Source of the DNA: Tubiluchus corallicola
Lineage: Eukaryota > Animalia > Priapulida
DNA: 64,000 bases
NCBI GenBank assembly: GCA_030141605.1
Contig: JAQGDQ010000237.1
Location: forward strand, 228,044 to 292,043
Direction of reading: 5' to 3'
This document shows positions 9,864 to 22,458 of this stretch, piece by piece; positions within the stretch are counted from its first letter, which is position 1, and each line of letters opens with the position of its first letter. The notes under the pieces are model-generated. The model saw only the letters and a program-made list of their open reading frames with translations. It had not been told where the DNA came from and did not search any database. The translations under genes and the position numbers were made by a program.

Positions 9864-10432
9864 GTCATGACTAAATTTTTGAAACGAAATTTTACCATGT
9901 GAAGAAAAAAAGCAACTGACAGTTTAAACATGGATTAAACCAGGAAGCTTTTGATTACATCAACATGCCTTGACTTGTAACTAAATTACTATACGTAAAA
10001 TCCATCATCTCAAAATTGAGGTTATTTATAAATAACATATGCGTGTATACTGACCAAGACGTATGTCCTGTTTGTGATATGCTATTTAATTCTTGAAAGA
10101 TGTCTAAAACTCTAAAGTTCCGAAAAATTGAGGTATAATGGGTGTTTTAAAAATATATAGATCCTGCATTTCTTAGATTTATGTACTGCATTATGTGAAA
10201 ACGACTTGCTTGGTTTGGCCAGAATACACATTACTGTATATTAATTTGTGCTTTCAGTAACTGTTGTCTGTGCATGCATGAATCAGTAAAACACACAATA
10301 TCAAAGCATTTAAATCATTTGTTTTCTGTGAGAGTGCAATCACGCTATGTGTGTGCAGTGTTACAGCTGGTGAGTGTGCAAGTTAACTATTCTTTGAGAA
10401 ATTTTAGAATGGAATCTCTTATTTTGTTTTAG

Positions 10433-10510
10433 GGCTTTGCTGCTCGAAAAACTGACCAATGATGAGAGATTGTTTATCAATTTATATCCATCCCTATCTG
10501 TTGAAGCAAA
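10433..10510 (+). CDS. ATXN10: Ataxin-10 coding exon
   Basis: ttttag|G GCT TTG...GCA AA|gtaagt. Encodes ALLLEKLTNDERLFINLYPSLSVEAK; 78 nt; phases 2/2 fit both neighbours. Confidence 0.85.
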
Positions 10511-11941
10511 GTAAGTTATGTGTCAAAATTTGTGTTTCTTGATTTTGCCTGGCAGGATTTTTTCTTTTACTACCCGTTTTAAGGCATGAAAATCTGCCTA
10601 GCTTAGAGCAAGATTTTGTAGTTATTTGTTGAGCACATTTGTTGAATTATTAATAGTGGGCTTTGCTGGCATTTTTAGATAAAATTGTTTTGCATACTGT
10701 CGTACACAATATGTAAGTGTCTAAACAATGACTCCATCAGACAGTGTCAGACATCCACAACAGTGTCCATCAGAGTAAACATTCTCAGAGTGTCCATCAA
10801 CACATAAATGTCTATACTTTTTAGAACTGATAATTCATGTCACCTCTTTGAAATCGGAGTAAACTTTAACCTATTCTAGGTTTGCATATTGTATCATTTA
10901 TGGTGATCATGGATGAAAGACTCAATCACATGAAGTACGCAAATACTTTAGGTGCTGCCTTTTCCTATACTATTACGTATAAAAATTGTTATTAACTTGT
11001 ATTGATTATTGGGTTCAGCATTAGAGTCCTTTGTATACACTTTCTCTCTGATCAATTTAATTTTAGTCTGTATTAAAAAGACGTTGCTGTAAAATAATTC
11101 TTTTGTCTATAATGGCAGTTTTTCTTTGCAGTGAATGCTGTTTTTCGTCGTATTCACTATCATATTGAATAATCTGTTAGTCAATGCTCTTTGCGTTGCT
11201 GTCCAACTTTTCAGTCAACATGCTTAAAAAAGGATGTGCTTCATCCAAAAGTGAGCACCTTAAGTGCTGCCATTTTGAATTGAAGAAATGTCTTTGCCTT
11301 CAGTACAGTAACAGGAAACAGTTCTTTGTCTTATGTCCCTTGCATACCCAGCGGCTATTAGTTAGATATGTACAGTTAGATTTTAACTCTGTAACAGAGA
11401 TATACTACTGAACCATAGATTTAAATGTCACCTGCAGAAATTGACAGATAATTCGTGAAGTATTGTTTATAGGCCCCATTGTAATACAAATTTTGTGTCT
11501 GCTGTTAAGCAAACAATGGGTGTCATGTTCTTAAGCAAAGACACATTTGACTGTTAGGCAAAAACAGCCTTTGAGCAACGTGCTTTCGAATTGTTGATCT
11601 ATGTTGCAGGCCAGTAATCTCTCTATTTGTACGCGTGGCATTTAAATCCATGTACCAGACTCAAAGGGTAAAAAAATGTTGCTAATAAACATGCCATAAC
11701 TGAAGGCCAATGTTTCTAGAGCTGTCTGTGTAACTGTGAACATTCTTTTTGCAAATGAGTTGTGAATTATCGGGGACTGGAAATGTATGGCGTACTATTT
11801 TCATTGAAATTAAGAAGTACATTTGTGCACCAAATTTGTGGCAACAAAAATTATAAATGATGCGATGCAGTAGGCCGGTGTTAGTTGCATTTAGCTTTGG
11901 AAGAGCTGGCCACTTCTATGTGTAATTTACTGCAGAAAATA

Positions 11942-12412
11942 CAGTCAACCCTCGTTAAACCGGACTAATGGGGGGGGGGGGTTTGTGGTCCGGTTTAGCC
12001 GATTGTCTGATTTATCCGATATGCCTATATATGGTCTATATTATACAGGAATGATCGCCTTAATAAGGCCTATATACATTACACTATATACATTGCACTA
12101 TATACTATACTGTATATTACTTTAAAATAGTTAACCTGTGAGGATAAAGAAATTATTGTACAGTTTAAATAATAAAAAAGTACAGTATAGGTATTCGATG
12201 GGGTAAGTAAACTGAACTTTGACGGGAATCGTAGCAGCCTGCGCGGCACCGCGAGCCGCTTCGGCCCGTCAATGGCTCGTGGTAAGTTGGTAGGCCATGT
12301 TGTGTTTAGCGTTCTGGCTCGGTCGGAAATCAGTCAGTTTCCTTTACCACAGATGACGTCCGTCTTATCCGATATCTGGACTAATGGGGTCCGGTTTAAC
12401 GTGGGTCAACTG
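11942..12412. mobile_element. Tc1/mariner (pogo/Tigger-like) MITE, 471 bp
   Basis: 23-bp TIRs CAGTCAACCCTCGTTAAACCGGA / CAGTTGACCCACGTTAAACCGGA (3 mismatches), flanked by TA on both sides. Confidence 0.88.
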
Positions 12413-12646
12413 TATGTGGCAAAGAGCAATCTGAATCTGATTTGGTAATTTTTTAAATATCTTTAGATTTCTAGCACTAGGTCACTTATAAAAAAAGTAA
12501 GTCATTACTCAGGTCGACAATGCCTAATTAAGTAATATTATAAAACGAATGTTTAAGTCGTATAGCCTCTCTATGTTTTTACAACTTTAATCATTTGAAA
12601 TGCTGTAATTGATATGTTTGAAAACATATCTAAAATTTTCTTGCAG

Positions 12647-12809
12647 AATCACAATTTTGGATTTCGTGAGTTGTAATTTGTCAGCACAAGATGGCAGGAC
12701 CAGGTCAGCAACTGAAACTAACGTAGATTGTTTACAGATTCTGTGTGCTGAGTTTGTGAGAAATTCAGATAAAATTTTTGCCGCTTCAGCTAATGATGTC
12801 GACAGCCAG
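12647..12809 (+). CDS. ATXN10: Ataxin-10 coding exon
   Basis: ttgcag|A ATC ACA...AGC CAG|gtaaat. Encodes ITILDFVSCNL...DVDSQ (cf. RVTLLDL). Phases 2/0. Confidence 0.85.
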
Positions 12810-13945
12810 GTAAATTTTTCAGTTTTGTATATTAAAAGTAGATGGAAAGTAAAATTTCTGTTATTGTGTTTTTCCTTCTACTTATCATTTACAGTAGTAA
12901 TAATTGTGCATGCGAAGAAGTCAGGTTTTTTATTTCCTAAAATAAGTTCAAAGCTAATACACCTCAAAATAATTTTGCTCTATTCATGTTGTAAAAGTAC
13001 ATTTAGAAAACCATAAAATATCATCAAACTTTCACAATTATCATCATAAAACGGTTCACAAAATATGTTTTGTTATTGTGTAATGTTAGCAATCAGGCTT
13101 TTATATGAAAGAATGGAAAAAGGAAATCAAGTTGTCTTAGAAAAATGGGCTTTAAATAGGCAACCTTAGGCACAGAGACTAGAGCTGCTAAATTTTGCAC
13201 GTCTACAAAAATTGCATCTTCTGATACAAGACTGTTTTCTGTACACTTCGCTTTTTTGTTCTTTAGAAATTTGAGCAGAAAATGACTTCGTATCATGACT
13301 TTTATAAGAAAATTATTTTATTTTGGGGTTTATTGTCCTGATGAAACAATGATATCTGTGAATTTTTGTAATTGGGTATATGTTTTGGTGTTCGAAACTG
13401 TGTGTGGCGGGTTACTATAGTGATTGCATAACTAGTAATGTTGTACATTTCTTCTAAGAGTAATGGTTGATAGAGGAACTTGCAAATTGCTAATTACGTG
13501 TCTTAAGTTGCTTTACAGTGCTGTTTTATGAAAATATTACTTCACTAAAAATACTGCTATATACAATACATACAGTAAAAAAACATTCGTATCTACCACG
13601 TTCGACGATTATTATTTGTGTGCAGTCTGTTGTTCCACGTCTTAAAATAGTGAAATTGTGTAATTCATATGGAGCTTACATGTATGCCAGAATCACAACA
13701 GTCATTACAACAGTAACTCTTAAAAATGTCTAATTTAACATCGAAGGAACACTACAAGAATTTTCTAATTAATGAGTTAATATGTGTCTAGAATAGATGA
13801 GTTTGATTTTTAATATACACATTGTGAATTTATGGTTCTGGTATTATGCAGATTGGAACAGATCAAGATACTGGGGAGCATAAATCTGTTCACTTTTGAT
13901 ATTAAACCGTATAAAAATTTTTTTTTTTCGTTTTTCTGTTTTCAG

Positions 13946-14066
13946 GAAAGACAAAATGAAAGTTTGGTGGTAGTTCGTCTGTTGCGATTGTTATGCGTTG
14001 TTACAAGTGATCATTGTCACTATGGTGAACTGCGCAACAATCACCACATCTTAGTTACTGCAGTGA
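13946..14066 (+). CDS. ATXN10: Ataxin-10 coding exon
   Basis: ttcag|GAA AGA...GTG A|gtaagt. Encodes ERQNESLVVVRLLRLLCVVTS...ILVTAV. Phases 0/1. Confidence 0.87.
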
Positions 14067-14251
14067 GTAAGTACATTACTTTGAGAACCAAATAACTGCT
14101 TAATAATCATATCAGTAAGCAAAATATGATCAAAGTGCCACTATATTTGCCTCATTTAATAGCATTATGCAGATTGGATAATGTATTAATAATATTTTTT
14201 TACACAAAAGTAGAAATGAAAAAATGCTTGTCTACATTCTTGTTTTTGTAG

Positions 14252-14433
14252 AATTACTGCAACAGATTCATGCGTTGGGCAAAACGGGTGATAATGTGTT
14301 TACGGCTAGTCAGAAGTTAGCAGATTTGCCAGTAGATGGAGCAGACAATGTCCATCCTGTTAACGGATTTAAACGTGATCTAATTAGGTTAATTGGTAAC
14401 TTGAGTTACCATCATCGTGCAAATCAAGATAAG
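14252..14433 (+). CDS. ATXN10: Ataxin-10 coding exon (start of the conserved C-terminal Atx10 domain)
   Basis: ttgtag|AA TTA...GAT AAG|gtatgc. Contains GFKRDLIRLIGNLSYHHRANQDK, the ataxin-10 hallmark. Phases 1/0. Confidence 0.95.
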
Positions 14434-15233
14434 GTATGCTTTTTTACAGCTTTTTCTTTACATAAAACTGTGTAAGCTCTTTTAGAACTAGATATAATGT
14501 CTACAGCCATGCTAAATTATGGTAAGTTTCTCCTCATAAACCATTTGTTTGCTTGTATATCATCTACATATGACATGTTTCAACTGTGAGACTTCTTTAA
14601 TGGACGTGTAGTAACTGTCTGTAAAGTGGCAACAATATTTAAATGTTGTTTTGGATCTTTTCCTGTAATATTGACCATTTCGCTTCTCTGCAATTTTGTT
14701 TCTCATAACACAGCAAAAAATATTTTTGTGGAAGTATATCATTTGGTTAAAATTACGAAAGCATCTTATTTAATTTTAACAATTTAAATTTACAACATGC
14801 TTTTCGATAAAAAGCTGATCGTCTCTAAGGACTTAACAAAAATAACAATTAGAGAAATTTTAAGTTATACCAAACAGTTATAACAAGGTCTGTTGTTGAT
14901 ACAGCCCCCGGAGCTGAATAGTTTTTGAACACTTTGGACAATTAATTTTGAGCATCTTCACAACTTGGTTCAACTCTAGTTTATAATTTTGTTTAGTTTC
15001 TCGATTTATTTCAGTTATAGACAAACAAGAAAATTTGTGAAATAAAAAGAAACACACATTTTCAACTAAAGGAGTAATGAACAAAAGTCTACAATGTTAT
15101 CTGATTTACGTTAAAGGTTGATTAAAGTGGTGCAGTGTATTAATACCATTTCACTGGTGAATTATTGTTGAACACTTGAATATGCTGAAGAAAATGACAG
15201 GATAACACTTAAGCAAATGCTGCTTAGCGGTTA

Positions 15234-15370
15234 GAAATTCATGCTTTAGAAGTGTCACCAGTTTAGCTTCGCTCCCATAGTTGCATAAACTGTGTAACAT
15301 TACTCCCAACACATATCGTGGTAGAAGATTTTGAAATTCATGCTTTAGAAGTGTCACCAGTTTAGCTTCG
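15234..15370. repeat. 38-bp direct repeat, period 99 bp
   Basis: GAAATTCATGCTTTAGAAGTGTCACCAGTTTAGCTTCG at 15234..15271 and 15333..15370. Confidence 0.85.
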
Positions 15371-16898
15371 GATCACTGATCTTGCTCATATTAAAGCAAA
15401 TATCCAGTGAGAAATAATTAATTCGAAACATCAGCTTCACCAAAGATATCTCATTTAAATTTGTGAGTCTTTTTTACATCAAGTATCTGTCGGTGTTCCT
15501 GTGCGACATTTATGGCGGCGCTGTTAAAACCACCTACTGTAGATAAGTGAAAAATTCTGCTGATTTATAGCCGCTTGCCTTTCAACATCTGTGCTCAGTC
15601 GCCGCCTGGGGGCAGCCATTTAAAGTCAGCACTGTAATAAATTAGTTGAATGCAGCCACACCGTGTTTTACACGCAGGTAGACAATTGTTTATGCATTAC
15701 TTGGCAGCGAGAAAGCTAGACGGTGCTACTAATGAATAGGCAAAAAAAATGATCCCTGTTTGGCTTTTTTATTGTCTATTGTTGGGCGCTAACGTCTTGT
15801 AGAGTTAAGACACTCTGTTTATTACAAATGAGTTTAGTTTTCTAGTCTCTTCTGCAGGTACTAGAGTTACATGAACTATCATGACCGGGCTTTGCAGCTT
15901 TTACACTGTTGGTGGGATTGTTAACATCAAAAGAATAGTGATGTAATAACAACAATAGCAATAACATCAGCTATGGATGAAGACTACGGCAACGGCAACA
16001 CTTGGAACTGCAACAACAACAACAATAACAACAAGGATTAAGCATTACATAACAAGACAATAAACACGCTAATATTGATATGGTCATTTCATGACATCCT
16101 AGTTGTTTCCTATTTTTGTTTATTTAGTTATTAATTGTGACTGCCCTAATTTTGCATCTTTTAGAGCACTGTAGTGTGACCTCACCTGAAATCTCATTTT
16201 TCTTTTTATATTCTCAAGTGCTCTTCATAAAAGCTAATCCATGGTCCTGGCTAAGCTAATTTTTTAGATATCTTGCAGATAAACAGACAAACATGGTGAG
16301 TACATAACATCTGTCCCAATTAAGTTGAGAAAGATATGATGACTTAAGACATATCATATAATTATCATAAATTACATGAACACGTATGTAGTAAATCTCT
16401 GCTGAGGCTCAGTACGAGCTGAATGCTTTGACCCCGTGCACAGAACTTAAAGCCTTCACTCAATGCAACATTTATAGGAGACACCTGGACTTAGTGAGGA
16501 CATAAATTTCAACACCTGTACACATTCACAGTGCTCACATTTTGTTCCGATCGACCCCCTGTTTTCTAATGGCTCTCTAAATTATTTTCGCTGCTCGTTT
16601 AGCACAAACTAGGGTGGGACAGTGATATTTATGGCTGTCGTTATCCTGCTCGTCACAATGCGTGTTCTCATTGTAAATGTTTGACTCGTAGTTGAATTTT
16701 GTAGCTTTTGCTTGAGAGTTTGCACTCGTGCATTATGATGTCAGGAAATCATTCTGCCAGTAGTTTGCATAGGTTATGCAGCAATTCACATAAGTAGTGA
16801 TGTTTCACTTTTCACTGGCTATAGAACATTACTTTTTCAACCCTTGTGGGTAGCCATTTGTTATAGTTATTATTAGTTACTCTTGTCAAGTGACTTAA

Positions 16899-17491
16899 AA
16901 GAAGACAGGACGATTTTTCATGTACTACCTAATTTTCAAGTACGGTAAAAGTATACATTTTAACACCAGTAATACTGCAAAAGCATTTCTGATAGATAAA
17001 TAGTAGATTAAAATCTTAATTAATGGCGGGCAAGCCCAACTAGTGATGACATCACAAACCAACATAATTTTCAACATCAAAAACATTCCATGAGCATGTT
17101 GCGCATGTTTGCGAAAGCAAAAATTGAAGTACAGTGCTACTGTAAGATATTCAGTCTGTTGTACTAAGACTAGGCAAGTTTTAAGATAAAAACTCAGATT
17201 TCAGATTTACTGCTGTGCTTGTGCATGAGCTGTCAAATGTGTGCAGTTCATCACAAACTAACACATCTGAACTGAGAGATAAAGAAGTGCTATGCTTTCT
17301 GAAATGTGGGCACGTGCCCATGTAACTAGCGAATGGCGAAATGCATGTAACAGTGAAGAACTAGTGGTGCAAATGCAAAATTGTGTTTTTGTGGTAATAA
17401 TTCTTTCACGTAAGGCAGAAAATAATATGTTTCCTTTCAATATTTTAAAGAATAGGCTGACCTACAGTTAAACATTGGGTCCAGTTTTACT
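16899..17491. mobile_element. TTAA-flanked non-autonomous DNA transposon (Kolobok-like), copy 1
   Basis: TTAA|AAGAAGACAGGA ... TCCAGTTTTACT|TTAA with short imperfect TIRs starting with purines. The body is homologous to 28692..29341 and 53678..54165. Confidence 0.75.
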
Positions 17492-17990
17492 TTAAGAGTA
17501 ATTGATACTTAATAGCGGTTGGTATTGTTCCTCCAGCGAATAAAACTTATTTCAGTTTTTACGCTTTTGTTTTTTTGGCTGTCATAATGTTGGTTGGCAC
17601 TGGCTTCAAAAGTTGCCTGTTTAAAGATACAGCATTACATCTTCTAATCAACAAGTGCCAATGAAAAGACAATGTTATTAGTTGATAACTAGCCTCATAA
17701 GTTCATTTAGTTTTACTTAGTCAGGAAAAAGACGTACCAAGGCCTCTTTGTAGGATGCAGTGATTGTAAAATTGTATGCCAAAAACTTTTTATTAGAGGA
17801 TTTCCTTCTCCTCTGCATTTAGGAAACCCATTCAAGTTGTTTTTTCAATTTATGACTGAAAGTTGTCTACCTGCCGGGTTTCACAGTTTTTAGTTTTTCA
17901 AATTCCAATGTAGGCCTCAATTTTTTGTTTGTTCATGGTTTGTTTTTAGCTAATAAATAACAATGTAATAAAATTCTTTTGCGTTTTCAG

Positions 17991-18054
17991 GTTAGAAAAA
18001 TGGATGGAATCTCACTTATTCTGGATTGCTGTAATATTGATGACAAAAATCCAT
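17991..18054 (+). CDS. ATXN10: Ataxin-10 coding exon (64 nt), followed by a U12-type intron
   Basis: tttcag|GTT AGA...AAT CCA T|gtatcttt. Encodes VRKMDGISLILDCCNIDDKNP (cf. VNELDGIPLILDNCNISDSNP). Confidence 0.95.
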
Positions 18055-19439
18055 GTATCTTTTAGTTTCTTACTTTTGTTTCCCGATAATAATAATTTAT
18101 TAAAACTTACAGAGTATTTTTTTAAAAAAATGCAATTTTTGCTGGTTGATGTTGTATCAGATGTTATATTAGTTATATGGCTGCTATGTGAAAATTTTGA
18201 GAAATACAGCGGTGTAGCATGGGGTATGCAGACTGCACAGGACGGCCAGTACTATAATTTTATTACTTTCTAGCGATTTTGAGGTATTTTTTTTGATGAT
18301 GACTTTTTTCCCAAATGGCTGAATTTTGCCACTAAGTGGGAAATTTGATGATATTGCTGAGAATATTTTTAACAAAAGGTGTCAGCGTGATCAACTGCAA
18401 GCAAAGTTTTTCTAAATTTAAATTTAAATAATAAAGAATCATCTTTGCTCACCTATGAGCAATCATAGACTCACTAACTTAGCATTCTTTCCTTTCAAAG
18501 AGAATGTACCGAATCACTTGATGTTGAAGAGATTGTTGTGTTATGTTTCTCTCGGACGGCTCGTTGAGAAAACCAGAAAACACGTCGTTAAATTAAACTA
18601 GTTTGTTATGCGAGAATTCTACAACACATAAGTATGAAGGAACGCAGAATATGTATAATCAAGTGATAATCTGGAAGCGAGAATCTGAGATTAATCTGAG
18701 AATACGAGATTAAACTTGAGCGGCCAGCTCCGCCTTATATATCATTGCAATCAACAATCTAGAAACTACCACATCGCGTATAGAAAGTTCTCGAAACTTC
18801 AACTGCTTCTATAAGGTAGGAAGATTGGTTCTACTATACTATAGAACATTCTAGTGGATCTCCACAACAGAGATTATAAGGACTTCGCAATTTGAAGGTT
18901 AGAAATCAATTAAATTTTGTAACAAAAAATTACTAAATTTGTTTTTTTATTGTCTGTCGAAGTCATGTTACTTTTAAGGAAGTGGTGGCCAATTTGCCTA
19001 CTGTACAGGGCTGCCAAACCCCTCACTTTGCTACTGGGAAAATGAACAAATTTTGTTTGATGAATGGTGTCCTAGAAAAAAACACGATGAGCTTTCTGTT
19101 CATCTGTGTGGTGTGCGCCTTTGTACATCTATGTGATGTATGCCTGTAATGAGATGTGTGTGTCGTGATGTGTGTTGACTCCATTTTTTGTGGTTTGCTA
19201 ATGCTGTTTTTTTGAGTGTCAAGCAAAGCATTTTCTATATTTTGAAAACTTTGCTTTTTTCAATTGTTATTTGTTATTTTTAATTTATATACGTTCGTTC
19301 AGTTTGTGCCTTCTTATGTGATATTAAAATACAGCTAATGGTCAATATACATGTTAGTTATGACAGTGTATTTGGCCTTTGTTTCGGCACATGGCTTTAG
19401 CAATTTTGAATACAGTTTTTATTCCTTAATGCGCTGAAG
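18055..19439 (+). other. ATXN10: U12-type (minor spliceosome) GT-AG intron of ATXN10
   Basis: 5' site GTATCTTT (U12 consensus GTATCCTT); branch site TTCCTTAAT at 19422..19430, ending 9 nt before the intron end; no polypyrimidine tract between branch and AG. Joining gives in-frame KNPF-ILQW. Confidence 0.88.
18534..18869 (-). mobile_element. Solo LTR (336 bp) with 5-bp TSD
   Basis: Termini TGTTGTG...CACAACA (7-bp inverted); TSD GAGAT at 18529..18533 and 18870..18874; TATATAAGG on the minus strand near 18740. Unrelated to the BEL LTR. Confidence 0.85.
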
Positions 19440-19603
19440 TTATATTGCAATGGAGTGTATTTGCCATTCGAAACCTGTGTGATGGAAATGCAGAAAATAA
19501 GTCATTTATAGCAGCTCTGAATCACCAAGGCAATGCTCCTAGTACTGTGCTTAATGAATTAGGGATATCTTTGTCAAAATGCGGTGCTGCCGACAAAAGC
19601 TAA
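19440..19603 (+). CDS. ATXN10: Ataxin-10 last coding exon
   Basis: Encodes (F)ILQWSVFAIRNLCDGNAENKSFIAALNHQG...DKS* (cf. FLTQWVIYAIRNLTEDNSQNQ). Stop TAA at 19601..19603; AATAAA at 20125..20130. Confidence 0.94.
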
Positions 19604-22045
19604 CAGGCTAGTTGGATAGCCTGTAACAAATTTTGAGTAAAGACACCGTATTTACACAAAGCAAGGTGAATGTTCTGTCAGCAATTATGTTTCAAGATGA
19701 TAATGTAAAGAACTATAATTTAAAATTAATATTTTGTAAAGATATTAATATGGCACCATTGTTTGGTGCAAAACGTTTACATGTCTATCATTGTTTGTTG
19801 GAAAATGCAACTTATAGGTCATGTAATATTTATATATTTTTTACTAAATGTGTGTTTTTGTTCACAAAACAAAGATGTGTTCTAATGCAAAGGTAACTCT
19901 TGTAATTGTAATGTGGTGAATGTTGATATCTTGTCACCTAACGCCTGACAGCATTATGTCAGCATAATGATTAAGATCGTGTAACATTAACCACTCCATG
20001 TTGATGAATGTTTTTCTTCCACATTTTAGTTGTAAACTTAAATGCTAAAGGACAAACATGCTAAAAAATGGTTTTATTTCAAAAACCTGGTTTATGATAT
20101 ACTGAAACAAATGACAAAATACAGAATAAATTCAAAAAAGTTATTGTTGTTATTTTGTAGCTTATATAAAGGTGTATGCTGATGATGTTTCTTGACTCAA
20201 GTAACTGTACATCATTTTTCATAAAATATGTAATGGAATATTAAAAATTAATGTTCAAAAATAATTATAAAAAATGTTTGATTACCTGGTAAAACACTGA
20301 GTAGTAGATTAGTAATTATTGATTCATAAACTATGATATTAATATGTTTAATTCATACATTATAACACCAATAATATTTATCACTCACCAAAAGCAGCAT
20401 TATAGCAACATTAAAACTAAATTACTATAATGGCCACTTACATGGATGCACATTACTCAAACTTCACATTGAGAAAAGACAAAACAAATGACAAATAGCT
20501 GAAAGCCCATTAGAAGCTGTTTCCTCTGTTTTAACATTGCAATGTGCAAATTTTGCAAAAAGAAAAATTTAAGGTGCATGAATTCCAAAGTTGCCTTAGC
20601 AATAGCAGAAGTTAAAATAACCAAAACTCTATCTCACAATAATAAGAATGCAAAAGATCAGTGTAATATGTAGTGATTTATCATTGTATAAAGTAGTCTA
20701 GTGTGTAGTCCTATGTAGTGTGGTGTAGCATAGTGTAATGTAAAAATTAATTATATTAATATTATAAAACATTGAGTATTAATTTTGATATAAAGTAATT
20801 AAAATAATCGATATATGTTATATATGTTGTATAATTTGACGATGAACGCTACTGCCACTCGAATTGTTTCTGGTAGAAATAGGCTGTTGTTCTTCAAATA
20901 GTGGATGCATTTGAAGGTTTCTTGTCTGAATGGTTTAATGACGTCTCCGTATTTTCTACAGTCTACCGTGAATTTGTTTACCAGAGTTTACTAATGCTGG
21001 CTGAGGCCAGTCTACAAACGACAACCAAGGTGGAGTGTCTGTATGTTTTGGTGACAGATCTAAACATAATTGTGTGTCACATGTCAGTTTTGAGTGATTG
21101 ATGTGAATTGGAAATATAACAGTTGATTTTTTGGTGGTCAGGCTTTCTGCTGGGTTGTGAACTTGCATGTGCATATAGTGACCTCAAGCAGAGTTACGGG
21201 AATGTGTTCTAGTGTAGGTAAGAGAGGAGAAAAGGAGAGAGAGAGAGAGAAGGAGAAAGAGAGAGAGAGAGACAAAGAGAACAAAGGAGTTGCAGAAACA
21301 AAAGTCAGAGAGGTGAGGGGAAAAAGGAAAATTTAAGGGGAGTTCACATTTTTTGTAAGTCGGTTGCAAGAATTAAGGTGCATTAGAGATCTTGCTAATT
21401 CAACAAAGTTGAGCCAATATTAACCATTATTTTGTGAATGGCATCACAACTTTGCAACTTGTAAGCGCATCTCTACATACCGTTTTGCGCCAAGTGTTTT
21501 ATTGGTCACTGCACATACATATATTTACAGTTTTATTTCAACATCTCTAGCGTCCTACCCTGCCATTCATATAGAACTTTACAAAAGCTAACATCGCTTT
21601 GAATTGCCTGTTTGAGAGAGCTATTTTACTACACTCTTTTTAATTTTTTTCGTACATGTTTCACATCTAAATCATGTTTAAAATAAATGGCGCATGTATC
21701 TGTCCTACCAACTCGACCAGAAATGTTGACAGTTTAGAAACTAAACTCGCACCAGCTAGTGTGGGACTGTACCTCGTGGATAAGTGTTTATTTTCCGGAT
21801 TTCATCGACTCGAGTGTCCGGATTTGGGTCTAAAGTCTGTGAAGAGGCTGTGTTATTGCAGATTCAAAGGAATTTTCAAAATCGTTTAGTGAAGAGGTGC
21901 GCCTCCTTGATTTCACACCCCACATAATGTGCGTCAGCTTTTACGGGAGAATAACAGCTGCTGGCTTGTGGACCAAGTGACAGCTGTCTATCAAATTATT
22001 TGCTGCTTTCAAAACGAAGCTTTATCTTTAATGGAGCCTTTCATA

Positions 22046-22085
22046 CTCTCCTCCCCTTTCTCCCCCTCTCTCTCTTCCTCTTCCA

Positions 22086-22123
<38 letters not shown>

Positions 22124-22171
22124 CCTCTTCCATCTCTCTCTCTCTTCTTCCCTCCCTCCTTCCCTCTCCCC

Positions 22172-22228
<57 letters not shown>

Positions 22229-22279
22229 TTCCATCTCTCTCTCTCTCTCACTTCTTCCCTCCCTCCCTCCCTCCCTCCC

Positions 22280-22310
<31 letters not shown>

Positions 22311-22458
22311 TTCTCTCTCTTCCTCTTCCATCTCTCTCACTTCTTCCCTCTCTCCCTCCCTCTCTCTGTCTCTTCCTCTTCCATCTCTCTCACTTCTTCC
22401 CTCTCCCCCCCTCTCTCTCTCTCTCTTCTTCCCTCCCTCCTTCTCTCTCTTTCTCTCT
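22046..22458. repeat. Complex polypyrimidine/polypurine (CT)n low-complexity tract
   Basis: About 410 bp of nearly pure C/T with a recurring CCTCTTCCATCTCTCTC sub-unit. Confidence 0.95.

Noticed and set aside
14434-17990. SCA10-like (ATTCT)n repeat in the intron that appears to correspond to human intron 9
   Set aside because: No ATTCT array is present, only a short degenerate (AAC)n near 15950..16035.
20850-21180. Possible LINE ORF1 or exon fragment (ORFs at 20901 and 20956)
   Set aside because: No convincing motif or splice-phase support.
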